DNA of 64,000 bases from Octopus sinensis (lineage: Eukaryota). The notes below the pieces were generated by a model. It was not told the DNA's origin. It searched no databases and saw only the letters and a list, made by a program, of their open reading frames with translations. Of the stretch, positions 38,270-50,310 are shown in pieces. Each line of letters opens with the position of its first letter. Position 1 is the first letter of the stretch. The DNA lies in assembly GCF_006345805.1 (NCBI RefSeq), contig NW_021833026.1, positions 434,001 through 498,000 of the forward strand, written 5' to 3'. Both the position numbers and the translations under genes were made by a program.

Positions 38270-39700
38270 TCAGTCCCGAATATTGGAAATCTCTGTCCTT
38301 CTTTTAGGAGAAGAGTTTGCAATCAGTTCCTCCTCACTCTCCATCTCCCCGTCAGATAGATCTTCTATTTGTCTCATATCTTTCACCGGGGTGTCACGGC
38401 AGAATACCACTTCTGCAAGCGGGTAAGCAGCAGAGGTGTATTCTTCGGCAGATACTCTCACTCCATGGCTGTGTTCAACTACCATGCTTTCTAGAGTCCT
38501 TTTAGAACAACAGACTGAATATAAGTTCTTGTGGATTTTTCAATCACTAATTTGTCCATATAGTTTTTGAAGTATCTCGAAACATCGCCATCCCACGTCA
38601 AGACAACCGGGATAATACTTTTGCATCATAAAGTATCGAAAGTTCTTTTGCGAGCAGATCATATTTATGAAATTTCTCAATTTCGACTTGTTTGAGGCGG
38701 TCTTGTGAAGTGATGCCAACTTCGATTAAAGTCGATTGTTTAATTTTGTCGTAAACATACATGTAAATATCTGGTTTATTGCATTGAACTTTTGTTTCTG
38801 TCATAATTGACGTATCAACTCGGATTTCAAAATTCTGCGTCAATATTATAGACTGAACAGAATGAACCTTTATTTCTTTTCCGATTTAAATATAACCTCT
38901 ATTTATTTGCAGGTTTGAGATGAAGTCTGAGAGTCGTAAGGAGTTGTCGTATTTGACGGTCAATACAATCAAATTCATGAGGTTCAATATTATAAGTCCG
39001 ATGTAATAATTATATAGGGAAATTGCATATTCATTTATAGCATGGAACAAGTTGACCGAATTTAATTTCGTTTATGAAAGCATAGTTATCCTTTTCCTAA
39101 CATTTCCAAGGATAGAATCCATTACTTTATTCTTAAGGACATTACTTCCCCCATCTTCAAGTACACCCAAATAACGATATCCTTTGATTCCTTCCAAAGT
39201 TTCGCAGCAAGATAACGATTTAACATTTGATGCTAACTTTTCTAAATTCATCTCCAAATCAACAATTTTAAAGAATCCATCAACAGCTTCCATCATTTTA
39301 ATTACTACATCTTCTTTAAGAGCGAATATCTTTAGGTCGTCAATGAAGAACAAATGATTAGTAGAATAGGTCAACATATTTGGGTCCTGTTGATTAATCT
39401 GAACCTTCGGAAACATGGCATTAAGAATCCTGCATAGTGGGTCCATCATTATAACAAATAGTTGTGGGGATAACGAGTCTCCTTTTAAAATCCCTCAAAA
39501 TAGATTTTATAATAAATTTTACTAATTAAAGATATACAAAGTTTTATTATTAAAAACATCACATTCCAATTTTCACTTTCGGTAGATGCATATACTTTTA
39601 TATTTGTAAAATTAGATCCAAAATTCTGTCATTCACTTTCCATATTCTTGTCTAATATACAGCCCATTCGTAGTGGTGACAGTCTGGAGGAAGCAAGACA
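38270..39700 (-). mobile_element. R4-like non-LTR retrotransposon relic (RT plus RLE)
   Basis: GDSLSPQLFVIMMDPL, NHLFFIDDLKIF, YRYLGVLE, NKPDI and IEVGITSQDRLKQVEIEKFHKYDLLA. Confidence 0.88.
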
Positions 39701-39871
39701 TTTTGAAAATTTGAGATGTCAAACCTCAACTACAAAATTTCTTTTAAATACAAAGTTTAGAGAACATGATTAATTTAGTTTAATTATTAATTTTTTATAA
39801 TTTAATTTGTAAATAAATAAAATAAATATATTTTTAAACAAAACGTGTCATTTGATTCTTGTGAATTCATA

Positions 39872-42051
39872 ATGCCTGATATTGTCGAGTAGCATTAGTA
39901 TTATTATATGGCTTCCTAGTCGGAAAAAAGCACGAAAATCAATCAGAACACAGCTAAAAGCCGACGTAAATTTTTTGATTAGGAAATTTCTAGAAACATC
40001 AAAAAAAGTACGGAAACAAAAATCAGAATAATTTAAGTGACCAACGCATCAAATCAGTTAAATTTAATCATCACAAAAAAGTACAAATAATATCAAAATT
40101 AAGACCCCAAATAAAAAAACCCCGCAAGTTTTCAAAACAGACAGTAAAAATCACAAAAAATCATATCAAAATGAACAAGTCGACGTATTCAACTAATTTT
40201 GATCGTATTAGACGGACAAATTGACTATTGACCGATTTGAAAAAATATTTAACATTTCTACGCGCGAAACCTCCAAATATTCCATTTTTCGAAAAGACGG
40301 CCTCGAAGACCTCATGGAAATATGCGATGGAAATATATCCGAGGAAGTTGAGCTTCCACAAGAGGATCAGTCATCCCAACAATCTGAGAAAGCAGAAATC
40401 CCTTCAAAGGAATCAAAGCCCGGGAAAAGTAGCCGTGATATTATTCTTGGTAAACTGAATGCTGCCCTCAACAGGTTTTTCTTTGGCGGATTACAGGCAG
40501 ACTGTCGAGCAATACAGCCCCCTGGGTGGCGTTGCAGATTGAGGAGTTGATGGTTTTGTGTAAGGATCAGGACGCGTCCTTTTTTCTAGCAAATTCAGTC
40601 TTGGAGAGGGTGTTGTCCCGTCCTGATATTTTCCACGAGCAGATTGTGATTGACCTGGCCACTGTATTGCCCCACATCCTGTCAAATTCGGGATATATAT
40701 TTTGTATGTTTGTATATATTTTAAAATAGTGAAACAATTGATTTCATTGGTGTCTCGACGTCTTTTGAATTGTTTTTTGGAGGAGTCTGGCAACAATTCT
40801 GCCAAGTCATACGTCAGTCACATTCTTCTTCTCTTTCTCTCGGCCGCAGTTTATTTAAAGGTATTTTACGTTTGTTTATGCTTTGATTATTTCCGAAACT
40901 TTTTTGATTCAAGTTCTTTTGGAAATATGCAAGGAAATGTCTGAAGAGAGACTTGAGGCACTCATTCTAGTTTTAAGATGTTTATTTTTTAGTTATACAG
41001 TTTAGGGTTTGGTTCTGACTTTGGTGTTGAAGGCATGGAGAAAATTTGGGGGATTATCAAGTCGGTTGACTTAAGGGCGACGGAGGCAGCCCAAAATGAA
41101 TATTTGTATTTTTAAATTCAAAAATTATACAAATAGTACCCGATATTTATTTTTTGCAGAACTTGTACATTCTATTGCAAAAAATGAGTTTCCATTTAAA
41201 GATTTGCCAGGATTTGGTTTTGATGTTTCGATTTCGTTTTTTTCCCGTTCAAAAATATCCAAAAAAGTGTTGATTGGTGATTCTCTGTCTGATATTCTTT
41301 CTGTTTCTGCCCACTCGTGCATGCCTGTCTGTGATTTTGATTCATTCGCCGGGTTTCAGTTTAGCGATCGACTTCTGGCGGCTGCCGCAGCTCAGAATCT
41401 TCGTTCGGAGGTGCAAAAAACGGTTTTTTGTCTTCTTATGAGCAGTGAGGTTTTTGCCCTTTTTGAAAAAATTTCAGGATTTTTTGGACGGGGCCGAAAA
41501 ACTGAAAAGAATAGCAATCGACGAAAAAATGGAGGCCGATGTTGTTTTTGTGATTGTCCACTGCTGCCGTCGGGAAAAGAAATATAATCCTTACTATGCA
41601 CACGTGCTTACCTCACTTTGTGGGTATAAGCGGAGTTTTTTGGTTTGTGTTGTCTATTTGAGCAGAATCGTTTCAAGTTTATATTGTGGGATTGTGTCGA
41701 GGAGATGGGTGGTGGCTCGTTGTGCAATGTTGCCAGATTGGCTGCTCATCTCGTTTTCAAAAAACAGTTGTCCGTGGTGACTGTGCTCAAGGTCTGTCAT
41801 TTTTTTTATTTTAGAATGTCGATTTTTTAAATATGAATGAGGTGTGTGTTGGATTCGTTAGTTCATTTGTTATTTCTGTTCTCATGTCTGATCAGGCCAT
41901 CTCTGCGTTTGCAGTTCTCACTAAAAAAGAAAATTTGTCTGGAATTCGACAGTGTTTGCAAATGTTTATTGAAAAATATCTTTTTGATGAAGAATACACT
42001 TCTGTTAAACCATTGGTTGCAAAATTGAATAAACTTGTGTTATGCAAATAA
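39872..42051 (+). CDS. NOM1: Nucleolar MIF4G/MA3 domain protein NOM1/Sgd1; start tentative
   Basis: MA3 region KTVFCLLMSSEDFLDGAEKL..VIVHCCRREKKYNPYYA..FILWD..NVARLAAHL matches remembered NOM1 RNIFCTIMTSEDFLDAFEKL..DCCLQEKTYNPFYA..FSIWD. Confidence 0.88.
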
Positions 42052-42410
42052 ATGATTTTTTATTTTTAAATGAATAGCAATTCAGTTAAGTCTTGCTTTC
42101 TCGAAATAGCAATTCAGTTAAGTCACATTTTAGCGCTTGTTAATCATTTCAAAAAATGCAGTTTTTTACGTCCAGTTTTGAGAGGTTTTGTGTCTGTATG
42201 TAGCTAAAGTCGTTTTGTGTTTCATTTATTAATCTTCAATAGCTAAGTGGCTTCTAACCGTGTCCTTTTTCCATCAATAAAGATAATTAACTTGAAAAAA
42301 GTTATCCAAACAAGTTAAAATATTTTTGATATTTTTTAGATAAGTATGCTATTTAAATAATAAAGAATTTTAAAATCTTTAAATTATAAATCTATTATTT
42401 TGAAAAATAG

Positions 42411-43042
42411 ATGGGTTTTGGTGTCGTTCGTTTTCTGAATTTCCTATTCGGGACCAGCCTGTGTTTTATTATTAGTCTATTATACACTGAAAGACGCTTA
42501 GTTGTATCCGAATATAACTATGGAGTGCCCCTGTTCTCACTCATGTTCGGTCTTGTGTCATGTATATTTAAACTTGGATACATTTAGTGCTAATTGGAGA
42601 CCTGAATAATCTCTCATATCTCAAAAAAATGGTATCCCGGAAGTACTGGGCCTGGCCGGAGACTATTCGCAGTGTGACAGCTTCTATTGGCATTAACATG
42701 CTTTGCGCCGTTAGTCACCATGTCCCCAAATTGTAGAAAATGGCCGAGGACTCAACGTCTGGATTTTCTCTGTTTATATTTGTCATGTCTCTCGGCCAAT
42801 GGGGATTGTTTGACGGAGAACTGATAACATTTGTGGTTAGTTTTGTGGCTACATTTATCACTACTTTACTCATACAAGGATGTGTCTATTTTTCTCTATT
42901 CAGGTTGCTTTAATCTATGAAAGCCAGTTTCTACCGGGAAGACTTTCTATTTGTACCCCTATGGCTCCCGTTTGTCATTTTAACAAGCTGCAACGCCTCT
43001 TGTCTTTTTTCTCGTAGTCTCCGTTCTGCTATTTTATCTTGA
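42411..43042 (+). CDS. INSIG: INSIG sterol-regulatory ER membrane protein (spliced; absent from ORF track)
   Basis: After removing introns 42562-42587, 42710-42736 and 42904-42927: WPETIRSVTASIGINMLCAKM..SLGQWGLFD..QGCVYFSLFSFYREDFLFVPLWLPF. Remembered INSIG reads [55 protein letters not shown]. Confidence 0.9.
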
Positions 43043-43120
43043 TTTGTCAATAATAAAGTCTTGTGCCTTTTTTTTGAACAATTATGAGTCAAAATAGTCA
43101 TCATTAAGTTTATTATTTTT

Positions 43121-44686
43121 TGTCGTAAGTTATAGCGTCCGGGCCAGTTCTAAGTGTCCGGAGTGATAAATCGGATTTATCACTCCAAATCATTATGATT
43201 TTGGGAATAAATTTTATTTGTGTCGCCTAATTTTGGTTAAATAACGTCCTATACGGGGATACGGATGAAATTATTGGTAAAATGTACCCGCATGTTTTTC
43301 TGGTAGGCAAAAAAATTGAAATTTTATTTTTATTGAATTAGATAGGAAATGGGTCGAATTGGGGATAAAATATCTATATTTTTTTCCGGATTTTTATATT
43401 AAAAAGTTTAAATTTTTATTTAACAGTTTCACGTTTTTTAAACTGTTCATGGTGCGCTCGATACACATCAATAGCAAAGGAGAATATGATTCTATTTTAC
43501 TATATCTATTGTCTAAAAAATATGAACCTGGAATGACAGAAACCAAAAAGCGAACAATTCGAAGAAAGTGTAAAACTCTTCATTTTGCAGACGATCAATT
43601 ATTCTCTTATTCCAAATCAGGAACACATAAAATTGTTATATGTCCTTTTGAACATGAAAGGATTCAATCTATTCTTTGTGATGAACATAATGAAGGACAT
43701 CCTGGGTTCAATAAAATGTGTTATCTAATTTCTCAAAAATATATTGGAATTAAACAATGTATAATTCGTGATTTTGTATCAAAATGCATACCGTGCCAAT
43801 CATTTAACTCTTTAAGTACTTGTGAAAATATCAGAATGATTTCTGTGGAAAAAAAATACGAAAGATTTATCGCCGACTGTATAGATCTAAGGCGGTATTC
43901 TGCAAATAATGACAATTTTAAATGAAGAAGTTTCTCTGCATTCCGTTCTCGTTGAGAATTGCACATCTGGTGAAAGGAAGACAATTCCAAAGTCAATGAT
44001 TAAAAAAATTAACTTTTAAAAAATTACATTTTCATTTTATATTCAATCAATTTGTAATGTTTCTTTAAAAATTGTTTCATAATATAAGTGAACTTTTGCT
44101 TTGTTTTATTCGACATAGGAGACGTTGCTTCTATACTGGAAGAAGGTCATCTCGTCTAAACCCTTTTCGTCACATAAATAAGGACCGGAAGAGTTTGCAC
44201 AGAATCATATGTAGCGGTTGAATACAGACTCTGTTGAAAACTGAATTTATATTATACGAGACTGTTTGGGACAATGTTTGTAAATTTTATTATCTATTTT
44301 TATGTTTAGTTTCGGTTTTCGATTTAGTCAATATCTATATTTTATAGTCTTTTTAGCAATCAACAAATAGTTATAAAACTAAAGGATTTGAATTGAATTA
44401 ATTGAGGTTAATTGTGAGAAAAAATTCGCATGGAGTAACTTACATTTTATGTTCGTTACTATGACGCTCAATCACCTGATTGATGAAAATTTCTTTGTTT
44501 AATTTCCGCATTCTTGTTAACTGAGTTACTTTTTTCAAATTTTAATAATTTAAAAATTATTGAATTAACAAAAGTTATCATTAAGAATTTCAGATGTTAA
44601 ACAAAGAATTTACATGATTTGGAGTGATAAATCCGATTTATCACTCCGGACACTTAGAACGGGCCTAGACATTATAACTTACGACA
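43121..44686 (+). mobile_element. Ginger-type (Ginger2/TDD-like) integrase DNA transposon, internally deleted
   Basis: About 73-bp TIRs starting TGT and ending ACA; TTTT on both flanks. ORF 43359-43925 has H2C2 zinc finger EHNEGHPG..CIPCQ and the start of rve (ERFIADCIDL) before a stop. Confidence 0.85.
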
Positions 44687-44694
44687 TTTTTTAA

Positions 44695-44915
44695 TGAAAT
44701 GAAATCAGAAACTAGCTATACCGGACCAGGGGTCAGTCCGACGAAGACGCGCTGGAAGAGCCAGCTAGCCTCCCTCCTTCATGGGTCTTCAAGGAAATTT
44801 TATCGCTAGAATACGCAACAACCTCTCGGTTTTTTTTACCGACAACGCCAGTCGTCTCAAAAGCAAGGGGGAGGAAGAAGTACGTATTTCGACCTCTTCC
44901 TCTCGTCCGCAAGCG
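44695..44915 (-). mobile_element. CRE-like 3' end, copy A (direct repeat of 45923-46169)
   Basis: Near-identical to 45923-46169 apart from a ~23-nt gap; encodes ERKRSKYVLL, ETTGVVG and REASWLFQR fragments. Confidence 0.85.
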
Positions 44916-45799
44916 CTAGCAGATGGGAGTCTTCGCGCGTTGAGGGGCGCATGGTGTTTCTTGATGTTGAAACGTCCAACGCCCATTTTATGATCACTGT
45001 CAACCCGAGATCCTCCATATGATCGGGAGTCAAATAAGGCAGCCTTATCGGCCTGTCGACAAAGAATATAATCGATTTGGTTGTAGATTGATGTAGGTTC
45101 ACCAACCCCATTTGTTCTACTTCCAGTCCATGTGGTCCGATGTCGTGCAGCGTGGCAGAAAGCCGTGTTACACAAAAATAGTGAAAATTTCTCACAGAAA
45201 TGGGCCAGAAGAGTGCCCGGAAGGTTCCTGTACCCACGGCCATATCTGCCAATAAACTGCTCGTCCCCAGAGCGGATGCCAACTTTGGCATTCCAGTCCC
45301 CCGCGATAAATAGAATGGACGAATTCTCCAGACTTGTGAGTGTCCTAGCTAGCTCCTCGTAAAAGGAGTCTAGTTCGTCGAGATTCTTGGCAATCCTGCC
45401 ACTTTGAGGGGCATAAACATTAATGATAGAAAGCATTCCGGATTTGTGTCCGGTACTTATTTGTAGTACAGATATTCGATCGGTAACCCTCCAGCAGCGA
45501 TGAATACAAGTAGATAAGTGTTTGTGTGCCACAAAGCCTTGGCCATAGTGTCCGCATTCAGAGGGCAGCAGAATAAGGCGATAGTCCCCATAGACTTGCT
45601 CATCCCCGAGTTTCACTTTGGTTTCTTGTAGACATCCAACCGAGATCCTGTATTTCTTCATGTCTTCACATAGTGGATGTTGTTTCCAAGTCGATTTAAG
45701 GCCTCTTACATTGAAAGACATAATAGATAGTTCGTATGATTGTTTTGCTTGTGTTATATCAGACATTGTGCAATAGAGGGTTGTCACCACCTCAACCAA
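44789..45799 (-). CDS. RTE-type apurinic-like endonuclease (APE) ORF, no RT following
   Basis: FNVRGL, LQETK, NVYAP, AGDWNAKVG, RTTW, NQIDYIL and SDHK motifs uninterrupted. The last ~45 codons read into CRE-derived sequence. Confidence 0.9.
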   Translation of the reverse strand: MVEVVTTLYCTMSDITQAKQSYELSIMSFNVRGLKSTWKQHPLCEDMKKYRISVGCLQETKVKLGDEQVYGDYRLILLPSECGHYGQGFVAHKHLSTCIHRCWRVTDRISVLQISTGHKSGMLSIINVYAPQSGRIAKNLDELDSFYEELARTLTSLENSSILFIAGDWNAKVGIRSGDEQFIGRYGRGYRNLPGTLLAHFCEKFSLFLCNTAFCHAARHRTTWTGSRTNGVGEPTSIYNQIDYILCRQADKAALFDSRSYGGSRVDSDHKMGVGRFNIKKHHAPLNARRLPSASACGREEEVEIRTSSSPLLLRRLALSVKKTERLLRILAIKFP

Positions 45800-45904
45800 C
45801 GCATCTCCCGCAACAGAGGGGCATGGACGAGGATGGTCCAGAAGATTGTTTTGCTTGTGACACGTGTGGGATTATAACTTTGTTTATGTTCCTACGGAAT
45901 GTGT

Positions 45905-46520
45905 TAATAATAATAATAATAAAATGAAATCAGAAACTAGCTATACCGGACTTGGGGTCAGTCCGACGAAGACGCACGCATAGAATAGAGACCGAGACGC
46001 GCTGGAAGAGCCAGCTAGCCTCCCTCCTTCATGGGTCTTCAAGGAAATTTTATCGCTAGAATACGCAACAACCTCTCGGCTTTTTTTTACCGACAACGCC
46101 AGTCGTTTCAAAAGCAAGGGGGAGGAAGAAGTACGTATTTCGATCTCTTCCTCTCCTCCGCAAGCGCTGGAGAACATGTTGCCCATGTTCAATAGAGTTT
46201 CAGGAATAATCCACACAGGTCACATCCCCTGAAAGGGAACGTAGTCATCTGGTCAAGACGTTTCCCGTCGTTCCGAAGGATTTTAACAGGTTTTAGTAAA
46301 GACGGGAATCTGGCGGAATCCAAAGCCCTTTTCATTACATCATAGGGCAGGAAACGGCCAACGCGTGTAACCAGTTTTCTGAAATCATCGAACCACATTT
46401 GACAACGGTGCGTTTAGCATATGTCCAATCCCTGTCGCAAACACAAGCTGATACGGACGGCTTCATTCTCCAGGAGCAAACCATTAGACGCCAGTGGGAG
46501 ATCAACGATGCCAACTGCAT
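45905..46520 (-). mobile_element. CRE-like 3' portion, copy B, with (ATT)n tail
   Basis: CVCD knuckle remnant, KRALDSARFPSLLKP..RNDGKRLD and terminal SWLFQRVS; (TAA)n on the plus strand at about 45905-45922. Confidence 0.82.
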
Positions 46521-46559
46521 CTGATCGGCTTATTATATAAGTTTTAAGGTCAAAGTTAA

Positions 46560-47815
46560 AATATTTTGGTTGGATTTTTTTCGACCGAGTTTTTTATTAT
46601 AACCAAGATCACCGTCCAAAACATAGAACTAATGAATCGGGTGATTCCGGCTTCTCTGAGGAGGGTCCTCATCTTTGCCCGGTGCTGCTTTCTTGTCCCG
46701 ACACAATTTCTATGAGGGCGCGGTAGTGGAATTTTAGGATTTTTAGCCCCATTGTTTCTTCCTAAGATTTCTTTAAATGAGGCGATGGATAGATGTTCAT
46801 TCGGTCCTTTTAGTGCTTTCCAAAATCTTTCTTGAGTTTTTTTGATTTTTTCGCGGTTCGTTTCACTGACAAACCCTCCCCACGCCCCACAAGCATAACT
46901 AATTGAGGGTTCGATGTATTGCCGGTAGATTGATTGGCGTGTGGGGAAACTGATTTATTGTTTGTATTTTTGGAGAAACACTTTTAAGATGTTCAGTTTC
47001 TTCATGCAGCTAGTTGTAACATTTTCAACTTGTTGGGAAAAACACATATGACTACCGTAAGTCACGGATTTTTTAAAAAGGATTTCCATGTTGTTAGATA
47101 TAAATTCACCACCGTTTTCCCAAGCTTCCTTGCTGAAGTCAAAAACGTTGTGACTGATTTTTCAGAACTCGTTGATAGTCGATTTATCGAAAGCCAACAT
47201 TCGAGATTGTGGAGGTAGTTCTGGAGTTTTGAACTTGCCGTGTTAACCTCACGGCTCCGAGAAGCAATCACAATATCGTCAGCGTATGATAGTACGATTG
47301 AGTCTTTGTCGTTTGGCAGCGGGAGGTCCGATAAGAATAAGTTAAAAAGAGCTGGCGAAAGGGGTGAGCCTTGAGGGACTCCGTTTGGAAAATATATTGA
47401 CATCAATCTTGTGTTGTTTTGTTGGATCCTGCCTTTTCGGCCGCTGAGGAAGTTAGCTAGCCACTTTTTCAGCTTTGGGTGTAGTTCAAAGATATATTTT
47501 CCTGGTCAGTATTTTCCTGGGAACGGAGTCAAAAGCCTTATGGATATCTACTGAGCACATAACCGTTTTTTGGTTATACTGTTTGGCAGATAGTCCACCT
47601 GAAATGAAGTTCGTCAAAGTGACAAGGTGTGAAGTGGTTGATTTACCACATTTAAATCCATGTTGAAAATCCAAATCCTGGAGATATTGTTTGATTTGGT
47701 TGAGTATAAGTTTTTTCAGAACTTTTGATAGGACACAGAGGAGAGATATTGGCCTGTAGGACTCCGGGTTGTCTTTTGGTCTCCCTGGTTTCGGAATAGG
47801 ACGAATGTGTGCCAC
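46560..47815 (-). mobile_element. Non-LTR RT relic (I/Jockey-like group), copy 1
   Basis: PIPKPG..SYRPISLLC, FQHGFK, DIHKAFDSV, GVPQGSPLSPALFN and SYADD motifs. Confidence 0.88.
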
Positions 47816-48134
47816 CGAGTTTTTTGGTTTTTTATTATTTGTAGTTGTTAAATTAGTTATATGGGTGTATTGTTAGTAACATTTTATTTTAGGAAAATAA
47901 AAATAGTTAGATTAATTTTAAATAGGACAAATATTTTTGGTTCCAAGAAATTAGATTATCGAAATTTAAGTTAAAAATTCCTCAGGGTTTTTAGCTATTT
48001 TTAGATTCATTTGAATGCAGGTTTTTTTAATTTTAAATCGAAATTTTTCAATTTATTTGTTAGTTTATTTTTATAATACTTAGTTTTTATTATTACTTAT
48101 TTTTGGTGTTTAAAATAAAATATTTAATTTTCAT

Positions 48135-49448
48135 ATGCAATCATATATTCGACCGATGACACATTTATTTCTATTTTTCGCATTTGTGATTAGTGAAAAC
48201 AGTACTTTCAAATTCGTTAGCATTGTAACTCTATAAGATCTAACAATTTTAAAAGGTATATCGACATGGGGCTCGCAGTCCCGCCTATTATTTCCCTACA
48301 AATGTACATAAACATCACTGGACAAACGGCGTGTATCAGCTAACACAAGTTTAATATTTCTTTGGATGTATAATCAATCAATTTTAGAGGGGTGTTGAAA
48401 TGCAGTATAATCTGGGTCAATACCTAAGAAGTCGATATCCATTTTTTGAAAGATATTTTAAAAAAGACATAAAGATCCTATCATCTGACAGTGATCGGGC
48501 AATAAGCAGTGCAATGGCCACTCTGGAAGGCCTTTTTCCTACTCCTAAAACTGATATCATGGATTTTAAAACCCCGTGGAGTCCAATTCCAGTCCGCACA
48601 ATTCCGTCTAACTTGGATTATGTAATGGATTTGTATATTTTAGATTATTAGTTTCGAAGCCTACTGTCCTGCATATAAAGCTATGTTAAAAAATCTTGAC
48701 CCAGATTTGAACAAATTATATAATGAATACAAAGTAATGTTCAATATATATTAAAAAGGATTTCCGAATTCAACTTTCAACATTGACGGGATTCAAAAAT
48801 TTTACTTTAGTTAATTTCCTTCAGACTTACGATAATCTTATATGCGATGTAATTTTGATTTTTAAAATTGGGTAGAAAGCTGAAAATCTTACACTTCCGG
48901 GTTGGTGTTCTGAGTGTGTGATGAACAAGATGGAAAATCTTACGAATAGGATTTGCAGACTTGTTTATAGTAATAGATCAATGATCAGGCTGAAAGGAGG
49001 TCAGAATTTTAAATATTCATTTCAAGGAGAACTTTGGAAGACAATAATCGAGTCAATGGAAAGAATTATTCACAACAATGAGACTAGGCCACAGAAGGCA
49101 ATGATGTATTCTGGTGTATGTTATTCAAATAATTCACATTAGCATGATTCCACCTTATGGGCTCTTTTGGGATCGATAAATGTCTTGGAGATTGTTCAAA
49201 CCAATTTTGCATCTTGTCTCCTTGTCGAGTTACATTCTATGAACGGACAGTGGTACGTAAAGCTTATTTTTCGACAGAACGAGTCCGACATAAAGATAAT
49301 CAAATTGCCTGGTTGTTTGAATTTTTCATATTTTACAAATTTTAAAGGTTGTGAAGAAATGTGCAGATTGAACCAATTTAAAAATTTTCTTAGTGACGTT
49401 ATCCCGGAAAATATCGTCGAAGAATGTAGAGATGTATCTACTCATTAA
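48135..49448 (+). CDS. Histidine acid phosphatase (ACP2/ACP3-like), signal peptide, no C-terminal TM; copy 1
   Basis: Spliced RHGARSP and YSG/HDSTL catalytic motifs, SSDSDRAISSA, WSPIPVRT and FASCLLVELH. Confidence 0.92.
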
Positions 49449-49949
49449 TTATTAATATAACTCTAACATTACTTACACTTTGTCATTTCCGAGATTTCGA
49501 TATTCTTTGTTGCTTGTCTTTACGAGTTTGATTGTGAACGATTTTTGTTTGTTATATAAAACTGTTTAGGGAAATTACAGTCAATTAAAAAAACAGGGAT
49601 ATACGTGGTTGGAACCGTGTTTCACAATTTCATAAATTACCAATGATGAAACAAATAAAATTATAAGGACTGTATTAAAATATTCTAACCCGTAAGAAGA
49701 TCGTACTTGGACATTTTTTCCCTTCCTACTGTGGTCAAATGATCAAGGCATGTGAGCCTGGAATAAATTCTTTGTATTTAAACGAGTTTTACATCACATT
49801 GCTGTTGACTTCTGCTCTCCTTTTATTATTTGTATCTTGGTTAAAAGCGTCTTATCTGAGGATGATGTCATGCCTATTCGGCAATAAGTATTTTCTTTTT
49901 GGGTATAACTACTAATTTTCTAAAAATAAAACACTCACAGATTTGCGCG

Positions 49950-50310
49950 TCTATTTATACTTTTATTGTGATGGTTATTAGCTACGAAACAAAATTAAGG
50001 ATTGCTAAATTGACATTGAAGAAGAGATTATTTGAAAGACAGATAATCAAAAAATACAAGACTAGTAATGGCATGATTTCGCGAATATCAAAACGATGGT
50101 ATCTTTTCTTGAACAATGACCTATAAACATCAATGAAAATTCAATGCTTTATTGTGAGAAATTTAAACTTGGAACTAAGAAAGGATACGGTCCGAATATC
50201 CAGTCCTTCATAAAGAAAATCGCTTTATATGTGGATTCAAATATTGGTTTTAACACTTTCGAAATTTCAAATGGCTGGCTTGAAAAATTTTTAAAGCGAT
50301 ATGACCAGGG
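49950..50310 (+). mobile_element. pogo/CENP-B HTH relic, copy 1 (copy 2 at about 57870-58210)
   Basis: ISYETKLRIAK helix-turn-helix fragment and FEISNGWLEKFLKRY (SNGWL..F..R motif). Confidence 0.6.
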
